A stretch of 64,000 nt of DNA from Bugula neritina (GCA_964035545.1 OZ037767.1:20600628-20664627), one strand, 5' to 3'. Positions 1-15,075 are shown, counted from the stretch's first letter. Notes: generated by a model from the sequence alone, not told the origin. Numbers and translations: made by a program.

Positions 1-1379
1 TTTTATGAATAAGAAAAATGAGGAGTCCAAGTCATCTAACGCTAATAGTTCTTATCTCAGAAACACGCTCATAAGTTGTGTAGTAATAAAATTATATACA
101 CGTATACATTATATGTATAATTACAGTAATAAATAAATGCAGCACTATAGATTCAAAGGAACATAAGTTTCAGCATAAAGAATACTGACCACTTTTTCCC
201 CCCCCCCCTCCCCCCCCCCCCCCCCCCCCCCCCCCGGGGAAACAAGATTTTACAGTCTTTCGCCATTTTTTATTTAATTTAACTTCGGAGCAACAAATTT
301 TCTATATACATTTTAACTGTGGAGCAGCAGATTTTGCTATGTTTATAGGATATAGCTTTAGTGTCACTGTCACTACTACTCCTAATGTTCTTTCTGATGC
401 AACGAAGCACATTGTAGAATGTAAGTCTGAAAGTTGCCTTCTTGTTACAAACTGGGGAGACAACTTTATCATTATCTTCCTCTTTAATATCTTCTAATGT
501 TATCTGATGGTCTACCACTTTCTCAAACGCACACACTCCATCATCTAATTATTCTAATCTATCTCTACCAATAGCACTACCAATGTCACTTTTTTAATAA
601 AGGCTTTCATCCCTATAACTTCATCTGGATTTTTAAAAACTAATATTATTATGTTTTATAGATTGTCATATTGGCCTGCATGCATGTAATAAAATTTATT
701 TTGGCAATCTATAATTCAGATTTAAAATAAACTGCATTATAAATTTTATGTAAGCCTATGCTATGCTATGCTATGATCACTAATAAAGGTTAAGTAATTA
801 ATATTTGTAGCAAGTATACTTTGGAATTGTATTCCCTGCTACATATTATTTACTACTGTAGTGTGCAATGAATGCATTGTGTGCTCCATAATGTATAGCT
901 TTACGTACCAACAAGCAACTTTTTGAATATTCAAACAAATTGATTTATAATGAAGTAAAAATGTTCAATCTATTATTATAGGAAGTTTTACATGCTTATC
1001 TTCTATAATTTCTAAATACTATGGATGGTAATTTAATAAATATAATATAAAATCTTAAAAAACAACATATTAGTAAGCTATAAATTTTCTACTTTACCTC
1101 TTACAAAATAATTATACAAATAAACTTACTCAGTAAGAGTGTAGGTTGAAGAGACACTTTCATTCACACCAGTAATCAGAGATGTATTATCAGAGATTTT
1201 TCTAGAAGACATTCTATGAATATTGATCCAATGATATCCGAGAACAGAAATAGTATAGTATACAGTTTGCTTTACCAAGAGGCAGATGCAGAGTGAACTC
1301 TTAGTCATTTTGATTGTTGAACTATTCGCAGGGCGTAACGTATCATTCAAATTTTGTTATTGTTGACATCATGCAATTA

Positions 1380-1419
<40 letters not shown>

Positions 1420-4400
1420 GTGAAACAATATTGTAGTCGATAAAATGAATATATAAGTTTATTTTTATATCCAAAATTGTATCAGTACCAAATATAAATA
1501 CTCTATTTTTCGAAATATTGGGTTCTTTTGATTCATTTTTAATTATAGAAACTATATATATAGCACTGATAACTCCATGTGTGTGTGGGTTTGTGTGTGT
1601 GCTATCAAAATAATGTTATAGCATCGGGAAGTATTTTAATTTACCACACAAGTAAACGGATTAAAAGACAAATTTATAAAGTAGCTGATTTTATAAGGAT
1701 TATTGTACCTTTTTTTCTCTTTCAACAAACAAATCATAAATAATAATGCCCTATAGGACCATTCACTTGAACACAAATTTTATAGTGTTGAGCTGCATAT
1801 ATTCATTGCTATAGGTGAAACTCCAAACTTTTCTATTTAAAACCTGTTTGTGAGTTACAGAGATAGAGGAAATAACTTATTTTAAGTTCAATATATATAG
1901 TTTGGCTCTTCTGCAAGACCACAGACTTGGTATTACATAACATCATATTAGGTTGTGTTTAAAGTAAAATGGCTTTACAAAAACTAATTCAAGAAAATAG
2001 TTGTAATGTAAATGCAGGCAACATTTACTTGGGACAATTACAAATAATGCTTCAATTGTGACCCATCAAAAACAAATTTATTGGTAGTAAATACTTGGTC
2101 TTTTGTTGGTGGCAAACTTTATAAACCTGCATGGTTGGTCACCAGCATTTCAACTATCAATATAATATACTAAGATTTGGCAATAATGTAATACATAAGG
2201 CAATATTAATGTAAAAGCCAAGTACTAATGTAACTTTTTCTATAAGTTGTCTTCTCTTTACACAAGCTGTTGAAGTTGTTCGTAAGCTCTGTAGTACAAG
2301 TGCCCACCAAAATTTTTAATCATGTAATTTCCTGGCAAGTTTTCCTGTAGTAGATATGAAATTCATTATTTGTGTTGTGTTTCGTTGCTGTACATTGTTT
2401 GCTTCATAGTCACGTACAGTCAGGAGCAACTTTTAAGCAAGAAAACTATAACAACTAATTACATCCACTTGGAAGAAAATCACACAAGACTACGATATGT
2501 AATTAATTATAAGAAAATTATCATAAAACTTAAGAATCAAGTCAGATCAATCAATGTCATTGACTATGTTTTCATTCTATTATATGTGATGGCTGCTGTC
2601 ATTTTTGGTCTCTTGGGGGTCATCCAAGATTTTTACTTTTTGATGTGGATGAATAGAGTAGGACTTTGTGATCACATTGCACTTTACATTTTTAAAATCA
2701 GTCAAATAGAACCAGAAATATGCCAGGTTATACACACAGCGGTCCACAACAATTGACTTTTATTATTGCGAGTAATCAACAGTCAAAGTTCGGCGACTCA
2801 AAATTGTACTAAATTCGTTGTTTATCTACCTAGCAACAGTGTCTTCAATTAGCTCCATCAGCCCAAAAGTTAGTTACCAGGGGTGGTTTTTTATGCTGAT
2901 CATAAAAATATTAATTTAAACTTCATATCTGCAATATCTTAATTAATATTTCAAAGTTGAGTTCAGTATAATGAGAACATTTTGATGATTATCCTGAGAG
3001 ATTATTACTATAATGCCACGTGGTTTCATAATAAAATCCAACTCTTTTGTATCACTGTTGTCACTAAGTTCATCATTAATATTATCACCATTACTCTTCA
3101 GTCCTTGTCCTTAATTTTCAATGTAGAAACATTCTTTTAAATTGTCAATATCTGTTATCTATTAACTTGCAGCGCGATCCAGTCGCCATGTTTATTATTA
3201 GTAACAATTCTCAGTCAAATTATACTTAATTACGTTGCGCTCTACACTACGCCGCTATTTTAACTATTTTTAAAGTTCGCGCTATTATGCTCTAATCACG
3301 TGACCAGCTTGCCAACCATGGAATGGCTCATTAAAACACCAATCATTCATAAACCATAGCAGATATCACAAAACTGATTGGACAGCTAGAAAGAGCACAT
3401 GTTAATTGACTATTACACGCTAAAAGCTAAAACTGACCTATTTATGACAACTATAGATAAAACCCCTTATAACTAACAATAGCGAATAATGCCAAGAGAC
3501 CAAAACTGACGGGAGCCATCACATATTTTATTGTTATACTTTGTGAATAATAATATGATGATTATAGCCACAAGAAATTGAATCCCACATGTTGTGTAGC
3601 AATTCAATCATTAGCATATAGAAGAAATAATGATAATGTCACAATATTTGAGAATTTTGTAAAATGACTGCTTGATATACAATCAATTATGTTTGTACCA
3701 GTTCAGAGTTATTTATGATATATCAAGTTGGTAAAGTACTAAGACATTCATAAAATTAGAATTATAAATAAGCCATAGTTTAGTCTGAGTTGGTATGTTT
3801 GGAATAGGACCTAGGCCATAATACACTGGTGTTGTATGTTTATTGTAATCACTTATAGTGGTAGGTTAGTAGTTAGACTATGTACCATATCAGCACATAG
3901 TCTCAATACTAGATATCCTGGCAGTATTGAATGGTCTTTATAGTCTATAATACAATCTCAGACTAAAAGTTATTTGCTATACAGAGCAGCTAGAAGGTCA
4001 TGACAGAAAAATCATCATGTAGGTTAATAAATTATCATGGTGTGAAGGCATAATGAAGAATGCTATATATGTTTATATACCATCACATTGTGAACAATTG
4101 ACACATTATGTATTAAACTAACATTGTACTAGCTACAGTTGCCTAACTCTCCTGAATATGTTTATAATATTTGTCATTGCCCTCCAGATAGAAAATTAAA
4201 AAAAAATTAGACTGTAAAACTACTCACTAGATTTAATATCAATGAATCATACATACGTTTTTGGAGTTGCCCTCTTTTGAAATAAGCCACTTCAAATGCT
4301 CATTATTACAGAATATAGAGGTTCCAACCTTTCTAGCCTATTGGAGTGCTGCTCTTCCAGTTAGACTAAGTCTCCTAGTTTCAAGTATCTCCACCATAAT

Positions 4401-5300
4401 AACTTTGCTGCATATATACTAGCATATTAATGTACATAGAATAGTAAGCTAGTAAATGGTGTGTCATTCACCAATATAACTTGAGTAAATGGAAAAAAGG
4501 AAATCTTGTGGACTTTGAAGGAGCTACTACAGCCGATTGCATGGGGGTTCGAAGAGGCCCTCAAACTATTACTATCAATTGTCAATGTTAACCCATGACA
4601 GTACTTTACTCAGGTCATATGTTCACTTTGAGTGCATCTACTTACTCATGAAACTTGCACTGCAGATATAGCATTAAACAGCATGAGGAAACCATGTCTT
4701 TTCAAATTATTTTAAGTAGGCATTAATTTTACGCAACATATTAGCAATAGCTTTGATGAGCAATGCAATATGGGAAAATTTAAACGAAATGCACTTCCTG
4801 AATTCTGTAGTGTAGTACTATTATTATACAATTCTAAGTAAATTAGCATACACACACAGTGCTATTGCAATGTGCAATATATTACTAAACACTGTATAAT
4901 ATAAATTCATAACAGGTTTAGGCCAGCATGACTATTTTGCATATCTGATGACAATGGTTAAAAGATGGGGAACTTTAAAGGCTTGGTTGATTGGACAGTC
5001 AGTTCCCAAACTGCCAATCAAATATTCTGTTACAAAGTCGTGCAGAATCTCTATATACATGTTCGCGTTGTACAATGTTTGTGTGAACTCTGTTGTATTG
5101 AATGGTCCTCATATATCTGCAAATGAAACTAAACATAGACAATGCATCAATACTGAGCAAGTTTCCTGTGTTGTTTAAAAACAGCAGGGCGGACCTGTGG
5201 GAAGGTGTGGGTGGAAATGCTATTTTTAGTGATATTTTGGTTCTAAAGATCAACTCTAGCAAAAGGAAGTTGCCAGCAGGTCAACATGTCAAACTTCAGA

Positions 5301-5405
5301 CCCAGGAGAGACTACAAATGGCATCCATAGCTGGTCAGAAACACTCGGTGCTCCAGCAGCTTGGAGATGTTACCCTCTTCACTATCTGAATATATTCGTT
5401 TTTAA
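5301..5405 (+). pseudogene. Frameshifted SOCS-box relic, possibly the end of a decayed ankyrin-SOCS gene starting near 4950
   Basis: Correcting two compensating shifts gives PRRLQMASIxLVRNTRCSSSLEMLPSSLSEYIRF*, fitting PxxLxxxCxxxIR...LPxxLxxYL (the Cys codon appears as TCC). Confidence 0.4.
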
Positions 5406-5740
5406 AAAGCTTTTGCAAATATATCAAGATTATTGGAAAAGAAGTTCTAAATTTAGTGTTGCTGTTATGCAAATCCCCTTCTGTATCAGGATATAAATGT
5501 GATTACCACAGGAGGGTGTGACTGAAATCTCCAAGTGTATCTACTTGGGATTATAATAATGGAACATGACTGGCATGTAATTTATGTCTCTCTCGATTTC
5601 CTCCAGCTTGCTAAACTATCTGAAACCCACTACAAGATCTAACCCACTTTTTGCAGAATCCTTTTCCATGTAGCTGTATTAACACCTTTGCACTGGTCAA
5701 GGTGGCAAGCATGAGGCGATGTATTCGATAGTTACTGCAG

Positions 5741-5985
5741 TAGTTAATAGTTACCAGTAGTTAGTAGTTACTAGTAGTTAATAGTTACCAGTAGTTAGTA
5801 GTCACTAGCAGCTAGTAGACACTAGTAGTTACTAGTAGCTAATAGTTACTAGTAGTTAATCGTTACTAGTAGTTAATAGCTACTAGTAGTTAATAGTTAC
5901 TAGTAGTTAATAGCTACTAGTAGTTAATAGTTATTAGTAGTTAATAGCTACTATAGTAGTTATAGTAGTCACTATAGTAGTTAGT
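5741..5985. repeat. Minisatellite, ~17-bp unit TAGTTAATAGTTACTAG
   Basis: Tandem copies visible directly. Confidence 0.9.
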
Positions 5986-8900
5986 AATTCGCTGTCAGAT
6001 TTAGCACAACGATGTCAAATAAATAATTTCATACAATAAATTTAAAAGTGCATTAAACATTGATTCGCTCAAAAGTTTTCTACATATTATGATAATATTC
6101 TTGCAGCAGCAGTGAAGCTACATAATGACTCCGAATGGCACCTCGATCAAATGTTTCTTACTAAAACAATAATTTTGTTAAAATACTTCTAGCTTGTTTC
6201 AGCTAATTAGCCTTTTTCAATTGGAATTTTCCTACAAATTAATAAGTTTTGAACATGCTTAGTACAGAGAAATCAAATGTAAAGAAAAGTTGTCTTCTCA
6301 AATGTAAACACGTTATCTCAAGTGTAGTAGTAGTATTTCAGTTATTGCGGTGGCCACTGACTCCCTATAGAAATTAATGAGAGCCACTAAATGAAGTAAC
6401 ATGATACATACAATACCCCCAGTTACTTTAGCCACTAGGGGTCGTGACTAATCCTTTATACCAGCAGTCTGGGTGGCCTGGGGACAGGAATGTGTAACTA
6501 ATAGTTTGTAACTCTCATACATGCTGCAAGTTATGCAGGTTTAAATAACAGACAATACTAAAGTGGTAGTTCTACTCATCAAAAGATTGAAATGTTTAGC
6601 TGAATATCTTATTCTGTGTCTACATGTTGCATATCGGCATTTAATCCGTCTACACTTCCGTTGAGTGGGTTGAAAATACAAGCTGTGCTAGTCCAAGAAT
6701 TTGAACTCAAACAGCAGGAGCTGCCATAATCTGGGCCTGAAAATGCAGTAAGAAAGTATAATGACCATGACCTTTAATATGATAGATCAATCTCTGGCGA
6801 CATTTACTCCGATGACTCTAGGGGACAGCATTGACCACTTCACTACATGTTAGCAATCACCAGGCCTGTCTTCTAGAGCTAATGGGTCATCACTTACACT
6901 CACCAACTGTCCGTGCAGATTGCAGTTGTCTTTGTTTAGCATTAGTTTTTTGTAGCTTAGGAAGTTGCCTGTTTGATGACAAATAATTAAAGCTGGAATG
7001 ATAAATGAAAAACCCAACTAATTGAAAGTCTTAGCAAGCTCCTAGTAACAGTTGTGTTAAGTTTTAGGAAGGAAGCAGAACTATGAGTCATAGGCTAACC
7101 AAATATGGTATAGTGAATGACTCATGGTTTGGTGATGTCACTGTTTCCATTCATTCTGGCAACTGACTGTTACAAAGATACCTAAACAACAGGTCGCTAC
7201 TGTTCAGAAACTGTACGCAAACAGGTTCTACCTATACTCTCCCTAACTAAATATTGATAGAAATTAATGGTTTTTCTGTCATGAAGTCTTTGTCACTCAT
7301 ATAGGACACATATTGTGGGAAATCCATGATCTTTTGAAATAGTGTATGTATGCTCTTTGACTAGTAGAGTAGTTGCTAAACAATCAACTGAAACTGCCTG
7401 TGAAATTCCATTCTTTTGTCATAACTAAATTAGTAAACTTTTTACAAACTGCCAACTGAGCAGCAACTTATAAATGAATGATTAGGTCGATCTAGCCTCT
7501 TCTGTAAAGAAATTTCATCTGCCTCTCAAGAGAAACTTCTGGAACAAATCCTAATGTAATTCTGTCCGAGTGAAGAAATCACAGCTGATTAGTCTCAACA
7601 GACACTTTTTGTGTCAAGAGCTGTGGTCTATCATCACACTGTGGTACAGCCAGACCCCAGAAGCTCGTCAGGTATACCTCATGACGCATGGGGCTTGTTG
7701 TCATAGCAACATAACAAGCTGATGTGATTTTCACCATCAATAATGGGAACTTGCCATGAATAATTACAACTGTGAAATGTTTTTATGAAAACAGTTTTTA
7801 CGAATGATGAAAGTACTTCAACTGGCAGGCAACGAGTTGTAATGATTAAGTATTTGAGTGACTATAATGGGTTGTGTTGTTGGTACTCAGCAACACTAGT
7901 TATTGCGAGGTAATAATGATTCTACCCTCCCATTCTATAGGTTCAATTACGTAGGAAATGTTGAAATACAATTCATCACAGTAATCATGTGTTACAACTC
8001 TGGCGTCACAAAGCCTTTTCATGCATTGCTATGGTGGATTCCTGTTGCGTATTTGTTTTGTTCCTTGAATTCAGGTCTGAGTTTGAAACATAATGTATCC
8101 AAGTACTTTTATAAACATAGAAAGATTTGCTGTTTATTAAGTGAATAAAAACTATAATACATATAAAAAATGACATGCCTGAATACTGCAGTCAGCAGTT
8201 AAAAACAACCAACAATGAAAATGGAAGCACCTTTTTGGTAAAATAAATAGAGTAGCATGGCTACAAGAACCCATCAGTGGCCTTTTACATAAAAAAGCAA
8301 TAAGAAAAATAATAACTTAGTCACAACACGTCTGCTTATGAGATGACCATCTCTTGATGTGAATATGGAAATAAAGAGACAAATGACTGGACAAAGAGAG
8401 AGACTATAGACAGAAGTGGTAATAGTAAAATTACTAAATAAGTAGGGCACACATAATTCCTGGAGTGAGATAAACTAGCAGTGCCCGCTGTACTTTGACA
8501 GACAGACATATATTAGGAGATTGCACTGTGATTGGCATGCTAAAAGTTAAAAGAAACATCAATGTTCACTTAGTACATACTTCAGCTAACTACGCAGCAG
8601 ACAACATTTAGTACACCTGTTACCTATAACACAGTTGGCCACTTAGCGAGCTGGCATTTGAGCAAACACTATATTACATAGTATCTTTGTCAGCTAACTT
8701 GAAAGGCCTCAAAGTTGTCTGCCAAGTTTTACAGTCTGCCAGGCTCTTGTAGACACTAACTTTGTGTTTCGAAATAAAAAAGATGGAAACAAAGACCGAA
8801 ACTAATAGAGTTAATATATAACAATATTGAAGGTTTGAGTAGTTCTTTGCTAAGGCATACAGTTGTTCTTTGTGTTTTATGATAACAAAGAGAGGCGAGC

Positions 8901-9164
8901 CTAACAAAAGCGTCTCCCAGCTGGCAGTCCAAGTTGATTCACCAATTAGACAGCTGACAGAGGGGTTCAAGTGCCCTGAGGTACTTTTAATACGAGATCC
9001 AATAATGCTGAATGAGCTAGCTAGAATGTCACTTGATCTTTGAGATCCAAGGTACTCCAAGGTGCTGGAATGGCAATGCATAGTTGAAGGTTCTCTCTGC
9101 GTAGTAGACAGGGCAGCTAACTAACGTTTGACGACGAAACTGCCAGTACTAGAGGGGCCTTTTA

Positions 9165-9295
9165 CTATGACTTGTAAAGGAGGTAACCCTTTAGTGTGGT
9201 GGGAATGGGAAGACTGGTGACTTGGTTTAAATTCTCTTTGCCTATTTGCCTTCTCACTACTCTCCGACATATGTCCATTAGAGGCAAAGGTTCAG
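9165..9295 (-). CDS. SPSB1: SPSB terminal coding exon (SOCS box)
   Basis: Acceptor ctttgttacag| in phase 1 gives (P)EPLPLMDICRRVVRRQIGKENLNQVTSLPIPTTLKGYLLYKS*, a complete SOCS box (BC box plus LPxP Cul5 box). Too short for the ORF track. Confidence 0.95.
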
Positions 9296-9683
9296 CTGTA
9301 ACAAAGTAGAAAGTTGTGTAAATACCAGGGCTATTGATAGAGTGCCTATCAAATGAGAATCAATAAAAGTCTGATGAATGAAAAGCCACAGAGCTAAATG
9401 AGATGGCTCAGTGAACAAAGAGCTGTTTATTAATTGGATGAGTCACCCTACGATATATAAATCACCTCTCATTGTACACGAAATGCAAACGGAAACAGAG
9501 TTCAAAAGGCTGTAGCAAAACACAGTCATAGTTTATCATCGCGACATGATTAGATGCAGACAACAGGGTTTTTGGCTGCCAATTTTGAGTCAAAATTCTA
9601 ATGCACTTGCATAACACTTCCAGGAAACTGAATTATATGACACAATACTGTTACAATATTTACAATGTACTAAATATACTCAC

Positions 9684-10651
9684 GATCTAATCCTCCGACG
9701 TAACGCAATCCCACTTCACAGTGACCCCATACAGCGCTAACCATTGGGTACAACTTCTTTCCTTTCAATCCTCCGAAAGCAACCCCAAGGTATTTGCCAT
9801 CAACAACATAGGACAGTGTGCCCTCATCCATGTCTAGCACCATGAGGAATTTGTCTGGCACGGTGAAGTTCTCATTTTGATCTCTGGTTACAGGATAAGA
9901 CTGAGCATTAGAACCACTTTGTACCTTAATGTCATGATATATTTTTAACCTGCCAATATCCCAGCCCCAGGACTGTTTGCTATTGCCCACTAAGCTCATG
10001 TATCCTGCACAGTGCAGTACGCATTGCCCATCACCAACACCCACTACAGCGTGTGTGCCTCGTTGTTGCTTATTCCAAGTAATCTCCCACACATGCAAAC
10101 CCCTCTCGTATGCCTGTTTACCACGAATACAGTCTGTACTTTGAGCTACTGGATGCCGATGCAATGTAAAAGGGTCTTCTGGTTTGACGTAAATGTTCAA
10201 AGATCTGTCTGCTGGGTTCCATGTGTGTTTCTCTGCTACCTCTTTGCTAACTGCTGGCTGCTCTAATATGGCGTCTAGTCTAAAAGGTTTCTGATAGTCA
10301 GGTTGCGGCAGCTTGGGCTGCTGCTTGCTATTGGAAGAGCTACTGCGTAATATGGTCATGGTAGATCCCCGGGAATACTCTACTGGATTTGATAACGTCT
10401 GAATTCCGCCGGAAGCCTTCTGGCCCATCCTCATTTGAGCCGAACTTCTTTCAGTTGCTCTGTGGTGGTGAAGACTGGGAGACTGAGTGCTGAGAAGAGA
10501 GGAAATAGTGTTAGTGTTTGGCTGACTGAGGTACCTCCTGAGTGGAGAGGTGGAGGCAGGTTTATTCACTGATAAGTAAGGAGAGTTGTTTTCAGTACGA
10601 CGGTGTTTTTTTGTTCTTAATGCCAGTGTTTCTGCTGAATGCCGTTTAGCT
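9684..10651 (-). CDS. SPSB1: SPRY-domain SOCS-box protein (SPSB1/4, gustavus-like), main coding exon with B30.2/SPRY domain
   Basis: Translation contains [77 protein letters not shown] and [14 protein letters not shown], all typical of the SPSB/gustavus family. Acceptor ttatttgtag| at 10652; donor GATC|gtgagt at 9683 (phase 1). The frame is open from the acceptor; in-exon ATGs lie at 10434 (MRMGQK) and 10428 (MGQK). The exact paralogue name is uncertain. Confidence 0.95.
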
Positions 10652-13600
10652 CTACAAATAACAGACAGACTGTGTAAAAAACAGCTTTAATCTCCCGTTC
10701 CAGGATTTAGTTAGATATAGGATTCAACAAACTAAATGCTAATCAGTTTGCAACTAAAATCACACTAAAAGCTGGCAACGAAACAATAGATATATAATCT
10801 AGCCCAACTGGAACTCTATATCAAATCTGTAGTGAACAATGGATTATATGGCAAAGCTGGGGATGATGCCAAATGCTACTAAAGCTGCGGTCAAGGCAGC
10901 CACTGCATGTATGATGAGCTGACAGTGGTGTATGATTCAATCTTAGCAACAGGATATAAATAAGAACAAAGTCAACAGGTCGAATAAGGTTTACAGTCAC
11001 CAATCATGTTATTCATATCGATAAGAGCTTGCACTAAACAAACACCAGTCAAGCAGAAAACATATGATTGATACTAAACAATGTAGATTGATTTGGTATA
11101 TTTATAAGTACAAATAATATTGTTTACATCTACGATACAGAGTTGTTTACGATGGCTGTTGGGTCAGCCTCGACTTATGGATTCGATTGGGAAACTCTAC
11201 TAACCTAGCTTAGTTAGCTACGGACACAACAAGTTATCAAATATCAAGGGCAGAGGGATTGAATTATAACGCTGCGTATGTTGGCAGTGTATAGAGGGGC
11301 CCAAAGAAAGGCGTACATGTGATTATCATTATGCGCAGTAGCTAAGCAGCTGTTGCTTTACCTTTCAATGAGTGATACTGGAGATGATTTCTCATGATTA
11401 ATTAACATTTACAACTCGCAACCATATTGAGTGAAAGATTCAGTTCAGTGAAGCAGACAAAGAAACCAGTTGCTTTGTTAGGTGTGGCCATCACTTAAAT
11501 CAAAGATATAAATCTAAGCTCTAAAATTACAGCTACTTGGGAGATGATTTACACTAGAGAATTCCAGTACTAGTGGAAAGATTGAATTTCTAAGAAATAT
11601 ACACTATGATAAAAGTGTGAAAAAATAGTGACACGTGCCTCTCCTGCTATAACTATAAAATAATACATATATTGGAGAATATTTCAGTTTAGTTACTGAA
11701 ATAAAACTTAGCCAGAGTTAAATCCTTTTTTATCCAACACTTGAAAAAAAAGTCAAATCAGTTAGAATATTAGCAATACTAATAGTAATACCAATAGCAT
11801 CACTAGACCAGCAAAACTTGAATGGATGTGACTAAAATAAGAATCGAAACTTAAAACTAGGGAGTTTTAAATTTATTTTCGAGATATGAATAAGTTTCTA
11901 ATGCTAACTCACCATTAAAAGTAGAGCTAAACTCAGTAAATGATAATCCAAAGTGATAATAAATCCAAGTAATAAATCCAAGTTAAAGCTAGTAGTAAAA
12001 AATAATGTGGCACATATAGTTTGTAATACTAATAATACTGGTGCATCCCTGAGCAAGCGAACAGCTGATGTATAAATAATCTTATTTGTTATAATTCTTT
12101 ATATATAAAACGGCTAGTTCTTTGTCCGCAATAAGGCACATGCTTATAATCTGCGTGTGTCCTGCGATTAGCCAATAAAAGAGCAGTATGTATTTGTCCT
12201 AACTCTAACAACCAATGAAAACCGATTTAAAGTGGTGGTAGTCAAGTGTGATAAGGGCACGAAAACAAAACAACAACCGAATCTTACCAAACAACATAGT
12301 TGACCTCATAGCCGTAACATCTCGTAAACTAATCGGCAACACCTCAATTAATAACAAAGCCAATCTCCTTGTTGTTTATAGTCAGAGAAAAAGAAAATGA
12401 AAAGCTAGTAGAGCAAATATACTACTCAACTGTTGATCAAAACACTTGACCTTGCTGAGTGACCTTAGATCAGCCACAATGACATAAATATCAAAACAGA
12501 GTACGAACTGGGTGAAATATACAACAGGCCAAGTGCTGTGTAACAACATCGTGTGTTGTAATAGTTCAAACTGTATTGCACACTGCAAAAACTAAAAACA
12601 AGTTTTTTGCCAACATGTGAGTATTGATGCTTGAAAACATCAGCTGGTACAGCATGAGTGAGGGCTAGGTATTTAGTACAGGTGCTATGGGTAGTGTATG
12701 CCAGCATATAGGGGGGCCTAGCAACAGTTCGGAACACAGTAAAGCTAGAAAAGTTGTTACTTGTACTTGCCACAGACCATTGCCAGACACAGTTATATTC
12801 TGAATTCCAAGAAATGGCAAGAAATGTTTCACCTCATGGTTGATAATGCAGAGTCTCTAACAGAATGTAGTGCTAGTCTAATTTTAGTAGGCAGGAGACT
12901 GAGTAGTGTTACACAAGCATTGCATAAGTCACTAGCAGTGCCACAGGGAATTGCATGTTGAAGTTAAAGTGTAAAATAGACAGGCTAATAAACCAAAGAT
13001 AATTAATTATAGAAGGTGGAGAGGTCATGCCAAGTGTAACAGGGAGGGGGAGAGCTAGCAAACCATAGCAAAGATATAACTGGATTAGAGAGACGTTAAA
13101 CAGCTTTTTGTAAAATTATTACCAATTCTTTATAGATTTACAGGCAAATAGCTTCTTGATGGCATTTGCTAAGCAGGAGGTAGCTGTCACAGGTTCACTA
13201 ACCTAAGACTGAGAAGTAAATTTTCACCTACGTCTGCAGACTTGCACTTTCTATTTCCAATTTGGAGGTGCGAAAACTGGGCTTTGAAAAACAAAGGATT
13301 TTCAGGCATCAAAACTATCTTTAGAAACATGTAATATTAAGTTAAACCCGGCTACTTGCGTTTGTACTTGTTTGCTGAAAATATTAAACATTTAGTTATA
13401 TATAAACACTCTTTTTCACAACCTATAGAAAACTTTAGATCAATTTGCATGTATGCAGCAATTTTAGCATGTAAAATCACAATTAAATTCAATGTTACAA
13501 ATAGAAAACACCGTTAAGTTCGAGCTGAGTGTAAAAGGAAAAGGGTTTGAAACAGTTGGTATGATGACTAACAGCTGAGGTAATGCATATTAATCATTCA

Positions 13601-15075
13601 TCACTGTGAGTCAGTTAATTGTCAGAACTTTTACACAATACTAACCACAAAACCATATCACTGCCTGAATTCTCCTAGGTTCTTGGTAATTGTTAGGTGA
13701 GATGTGGAAATACATTATTTTTTCATTATATCCAGATAAGACGTGGATTACTTTTCAACAACACATATAACTGACATCTTGGGAGCTAGACAGTACAGAT
13801 GTACAAGTTCATAGGCTAAGTTCCCAGCTGGAAGTAAGACCTAGTCACCACTGCTTTTAGTGACTCAGGTTTTCAAGGTCGTAAAATTAAGTTTCAGGGC
13901 TTGGAACTGTCCAACCACTTTCTGTTTAGTTAATTAATAACTTTTGCAAATTTAACTAGAAAGTTTTAAAATATTTGGAGAAACTTCAATAGCTCAAATT
14001 ATTTACTTATTTTAATAAATGCTGGTTTGGGACATGAGCTAAAAATCTCAAGAAAACATAATTTTTCTCTAGATCATAATCTGTATTTTATTAATTTGTT
14101 TTTGCTACGAATTACCAAACATACTGTTATATAACCGTTATTAGACATTTCAGTATTTTGCAAAAAACCCATACACATAAGATGTAAAGCTGTCAAGATT
14201 TAGTAGCCTGAGTGCACGCAACTAGAACCCTCATCCTGTTTGTGTGGTGGTAGAATGAAGCTATTACTGTTAGCATTCTATTGCCATCAGTAAGTTGCTG
14301 GAATGTCAATGGAATACCATAATATTTAGGTCATGACTTCGATGAAGTGATGTTTATTTATGCAGGTAGAATGAGTTACTTCCTGTGAATTATTGTTCCG
14401 TCTGTTGATCCACTAATAAGTGATCAGAACTTGACCTGGCCGTGGTGGTGGAAGCCACCTCAACTAAGCTGTGACCTGACTGTGGTACGAGTTACCCCTA
14501 CTGTTACATTCTCATTTCATGACCTTAGAAATGTGTGCCAACTAATGAATTAGCTACTCCTTTGAGTCTGAGGACAACTGCATATCTGTGGATTGTACAG
14601 AGTGCCTCCGGCTGCGCTAACAACAAACTCTTGTTTGAACTGGGCTAATCTAATGTGGCTTGTGGTCAGATAAGATGAAAGATCATTGAAGCACCCAGCC
14701 ATCAGTTAAAATGTACACAAAGAATCAATTTGCACTATACATTTGTTTCCAGAGAACAATAGCTTCCATAACAAAAATAAAATAATGACATGAAATTCTT
14801 ATCTTTGGATGGGAGATTGTCAATTAGCTAAGAAAACAGCCTGTTTAAATAATAATCTCTATAGACTGAGATCATGAACAGCAGCATATAACAACAGAGA
14901 GGGCTTGAAAACCAACCCACACAACCAACATAACTCAAAATATAAGCTATCATCATGCAGAAGCCACAAACATCTAGTTTTATTGGGAGAACTGTTTTAA
15001 CCATTTAAATTTCCATCAACAGGCAGCCTTTTTATAGCGAGACATAAGCCAATATCTGATGAGCTTGCATAAATA

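Noticed and set aside
197-239. Poly-C run as a G-quadruplex element
   Set aside because: Simple homopolymer of unreliable length with no supporting context.
8674-9081. 135-aa minus-strand ORF
   Set aside because: Falls in the SPSB 3' UTR just after the stop; no domain features.
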